Assembly: GCF_009914755.1 (NCBI RefSeq)
Contig: NC_060926.1
DNA length: 64,000 nt
From: the human T2T-CHM13v2.0 reference genome, Homo sapiens
Direction: 5' to 3' (one strand)
In this document: positions 59,800 to 64,000 of the stretch, in pieces
Layout: the number at the start of each line of letters is the position of its first letter
Position numbering within the stretch: the stretch's first letter is position 1
The notes under the pieces: model-generated
Databases searched by the model: none
Seen by the model: only the letters and a program-made list of their open reading frames with translations
Told to the model about the DNA's origin: nothing
Program-made: the position numbers and the translations under genes

Positions 59800-62700
59800 T
59801 CTTACCAAAAAGTTGTAAGAATAACACAACAGACACTTCACCCAGATTTCCCAAGTGTTAACATTTTACTATTTTGTTTTATATTTTTCTCTCTTTGTCT
59901 GAGAGAGAGAAATAGACTTATATTTCTCCAAAATATTGACTAAATTGTAGGCATGATACCCCTTCACCTCTAAATACACCTCCAAATATACCAGGGTATA
60001 ATATCTAAAAACAACAACATTCTCTGAAACAATCTTAGAAAAATTATCCAATTCAGTTTTAACACTGATACAGCTATCTAATCTACAGAACTTTTTCAAA
60101 TTTGTTAACCTGCCCCAATAGTGCCTTTATAACAAAAGAAAATCCATAATCATGTATTGCATTCAGTTAGTTGTCTTGTCTCTTTAGTTCCCTTTAATCT
60201 GGAATAGTTCATTTCTCTTTCATTGTGTTTCATGATATTGACATTTTGGAAAAGTACAGGCCAGCTATTTATAGAATGTCTCCCGATTTGTGTTTGTCTA
60301 ATATTTCTTCTTGTTTACATTCACCTTATGCAGGTTTCATAGAAATACCTCAGAAGTGATGCTCTTTTCACAGAATTTTATATCAGGAGGCACATGCTGT
60401 TGATCAGTGTCATTAACGGTGATGTTAACTTTGATCACTTGGTTATGGTAGACTCTGCTGTCTCTCTACTGTAAAGCAGAATATTTAACTTTGTAATTAA
60501 AAAATATCTTATTATTTTCACACTGTGTTAAATATCCCATGTGTTCTCCAGATTTCACCTATTAGTGTTACAGGATCTTTGGGGCATTGCTTTGCCAGCT
60601 GGAAACCTCCATGGCCAGTGGTGTCTTTGCTTGAGTTTTGCTTGGGCCTGCCGGGCCAACTCAGCAGGCTGCTGTTAGCTCACACCTCTGGCCTGGATTG
60701 CATGCCTGCCAAGGGCAAGTGGAGCAGCAAGGGGTGTGTGAGAGAGACAGCATGGGGTCTAGCCACTGTGCATAGCCAGGCACGCTGGCTGCAGCGGGGT
60801 GGGCAGCTCCAGGCACTGACACAGGTGCTGGCTCCCTGTGAGGCTGCAGCCAGACCAGACATCCTGAAAGCAGCTTCCACAGCTGGCACCAGGGAATGCT
60901 GCGGCACCTGGAAGCTTTAAGATGCCAGGAACTGCAAAGCCCCATAGAGGATGTCACGGCCCTGGCTTAAGGAGCTCCTAGGTCTGGGCTCCCCTAAGGG
61001 CTGCAGATCTTCTCTCCTTCTTTTTGCCTGCAACATGGCAAGCAAGGGCCATGTTTTAGCCTTGCTCATGTTACAGCTCTTTCATCCCTGCCATTCGGCA
61101 GGTCCTGAGTTCTTGAACCTGTGCCCAGGAAGAATGAGGTATGTGGACAAGTGGAGCTGAATAATTCTATTTTTCAAGTGGATGGTGAGCAAGGTGAAAA
61201 GGAGCTTTATTGTGTGATGTAACAGCTCAGAGGAGACACGCAGTGGATAGCTACTCTCCACAGCTAGGGTGTCACAACAAGTATTCAGCTCTCTGCAGAG
61301 AGGAGACCGTGGGGTAGGTAGCTCCTCTCTGCAGCTGGTCTTATCATCATCTCCTCAAGTCTGGCTGAGTCTGGGGCTTTTATGGGCCTCAGAGGGGAGG
61401 AAGTGCACACTGATTAATCTATGAGCAGCCTGAATAAAGCACAAGTTCCCACTCGCGTCCATGGGCCCAGCAGCCCGGCCCCCAGGCTTCAGGCCCTCCC
61501 CAGCTCACAGGTGGGACTTCACCAGGGACCTGCCCCTTATGCCCAGGAGCCTGTCTGCTTTCTGCTGCCATTCATGGCGCCCAGGCCATTCATGCCAAGG
61601 GAAACCTGTAGGCCAATGCCAAGCTGCCCTCAGCAGCCCCTCAACCCCCCTCACATACTTGTTGGTGCCCAAAGTCCAGAGGGGGCTGAGGCAACAGGGG
61701 ACTGGCATGTCAGTGCTGCCTTGAGAGTGTGCACACACTGGCAACCTGCAACAGTGCCCAGGCTCAGCCCCAATCTTGCTCCAAGATTGGAGTGTGCGCC
61801 AGGAGCAGGGAGAGGGCAGACAGTAGGAGCAGACACTTCTGAGCCCCTGGGGGCGGGGGTCCTTCCTGTGCCCCCAAGAGTGCAGAGCTGCCAGGTCTGC
61901 AGCCATGGCTTGGGTGGCTGTAACTGTGCTCTTGCCTGCTTCCAGCCTCCAAAAGCACAAGGAAGCCCACATCCACAGCCATGGCTGGATGGTCAGAGCT
62001 GTGCCCAGGGAGCACGAAGTTCCTGCCCTGTCAACTCAGAAGGGGATGGCACTTCTGCCTGTTCCCAGATCCTGCCAGCTCCATGGAGTGCACAGCCCTG
62101 GCATGCCTTCCCCACTGCAGCCGGTGTCATGCAGTGGCCGCTGTAGATTAACCACCACTGCCATGACTAGTTTTAATATCCATTGATGATTCTCACTTTC
62201 ATTGATTACTACCAAGATGGTTGTTATGATAATTTTTAAATTCCATCATTTATTTTTATTAATTTATTTTCTACCAAAAGGAATAGCTTTTCCTTCATCC
62301 TAATTTTCATTTATATCAGTGGATTAATGTATTTCTATTTTGTACAATAGGTTATTCTTATTGTCATTATTTATTTGAATGTTCAAATTGTCACATTCTT
62401 GGCCAATGGAAATTTTTTCAAGTAGGCCACAGTTGCCCTTTTGACATGGACCATAATTCTTTGAGCACTCTCCCAACTTTCAGCACAGAATGTTGCAGGG
62501 TCCTCTTGTACTTTCCTTGGCTTAGCACTGGAGTCAGCCATTTCTTCAAGAAACTCTGGTTCCTTTCAGTACAGAATGGTATTAGAGATCAAGATTAGGG
62601 TTCTATCTGTAACCATCACCACAGGGGAGTCGTTGCTTCTAGGCATTGTTAATATTAATAAACAAAGCCAGAAATAGAAAGATAACTGTGTATTACACTC

Positions 62701-64000
62701 ACTCACCTGTCTCTATTTAGCTAACTAGCTATATTAAAAACAGTTGATACACACTGGTTTCTCTGCTTCCATTCCAACATAGCAGGATAATTGTATTTTC
62801 TCCCTTTTTATACTTATAACTGTCCTCTCTACTAGTGACAAACAGCTCCCATTATTTATAATATATTCACTTACATGTTTAATCTTACAATGTACAGAAA
62901 GTAGGGTCAGTGTTACTAACCTAGACATCTAAGAAAGAGGCCTACTCAGTAGCATTCAGTATTTATTTAGGGTTCTTTTTGTCTTTAGCTGGAAAACATA
63001 TAGTCCAACTATGGTTAGATCTTCTCCCATTACTTCTTAGTGTTATTTATTCAAAATATTATTTATTTAAAGGATACTGGGTCATTTGTTTCTGTTTCTG
63101 TTCAATTTTAGAATTTTTCACCTTCCTTTTTGTTTTATTATTTTCTTTTTTGTGTCTGTGAAATACTAATATTCTAAAAGTGAGATCTATATTAAATTTC
63201 ACTTTCAACTAAATTATTTCCTTTCTTGTGTTGTCGTTTAGTTGATTTCTTTATATATTCATGTATTTTTAAGCAGATAATTTAATTCATTTAGGCATAT
63301 TCATTTTTATTGATGAAACGTTTGAGGTTATAGGGTTTCCTTTTATCACTATTTTATGTGCCACAGATTCTCATATAAATAGAGATAGATAGTATGTATA
63401 CTTTAATATACACATATGTGTATGTTTTTATTATTCCTTGTTTAGAAATTCTTTAAATTTGTTTTGTATTTTCATATTCACCCAACTTGTTTAATAAAAG
63501 TTATTTTTGATTATTTATTCCAATCGTATGACCTTTTACCTTTTTTATTTTAAAATAATCTGTTTTTTGTTATTAGAGATTAAATTGTAATATTTATAAT
63601 TATGAAATGTACTTATGTAACTTAGTATATGATTACATTTTAAGAATGCCCAATGAATGTTTGAGAAGAAGATGTATTCACTATTACTTGAGTGTAAAGT
63701 TCTGTGTGTATAATATCTACCTTACTGATTAGGTTTTGCAGGACTTCTATATCCTGTTCTGTGTGCACTTGATTGATCTTATATCAATTCTGATATATTA
63801 ACATCTCCTAGGCTTGTATGTTTCTATCTGTGTCTTTTTGATTCTCCTTAATTTTTTGCTTTATAAAAGTGTCTACTATGTTATTTTGGTGCATAGATAT
63901 TGATAGTTGTCATGCCTATTTTGTGAATTCAGGCTTTTAACATTGAAAAGAATAATTTTTCCCATATTTAATGCTTCTTAGCAAAGTTTAATATTAACTT
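59800..64000 (-). mobile_element. Old L1 (L1MC-type and related) antisense fragments, interrupted by MER52A
   Basis: gattttcccaagtgttaacattttac...acaggccagctatttatagaatgtc...gagtcagccatttcttcaagaaactctggttcc; boundaries approximate. Confidence 0.65.
60566..62147 (-). mobile_element. MER52A-like ERV1 long solo LTR
   Basis: GC-rich 1.58 kb starting tgttacaggatctttgggg, with CpG-decayed MER52 similarity; near-TSD ttag/ttaa. Confidence 0.82.

Noticed and set aside
60525-62186. 241-aa and other ORFs; CpG-island-like GC richness
   Set aside because: Inside the MER52A LTR; GC-rich but CpG-depleted, so long ORFs arise by chance.

Overview
Primate (almost certainly human) intronic DNA, AT-rich and dense in transposon relics; not prokaryotic, and no CRISPR, rRNA or tRNA seen. 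The only protein-coding sequence I can support is one 127-bp internal exon (40134-40260, + strand). It encodes a WD40 repeat (ERCRCTLYGHTDSVNSIEFFPFSNTLLTSSADKTLSIWDART) that I recognise as SPAG16 (PF20 orthologue). The supplied ORF track misses it, and nearly all listed ORFs are repeat artefacts. The rest is a mosaic of Alu, L1, L2, MIR, ERVL-MaLR (including a full THE1A provirus), ERV1/ERVL solo LTRs and DNA transposons, several nested. Most notable: (1) a twin-primed L1PA3 insertion that forms a potential natural gene-trap cassette (splice acceptor, then a reading frame in phase with the SPAG16 exon ending in the ORF2p C-terminus, then AATAAA); (2) inverted Alus closely bracketing the exon; (3) two short locally templated insertions; (4) a palindromic TA minisatellite inside an Alu; (5) a sense THE1A 3' LTR with an intact splice donor. 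Repeat subfamily names are from recalled consensus sequences and need RepeatMasker/Dfam confirmation.
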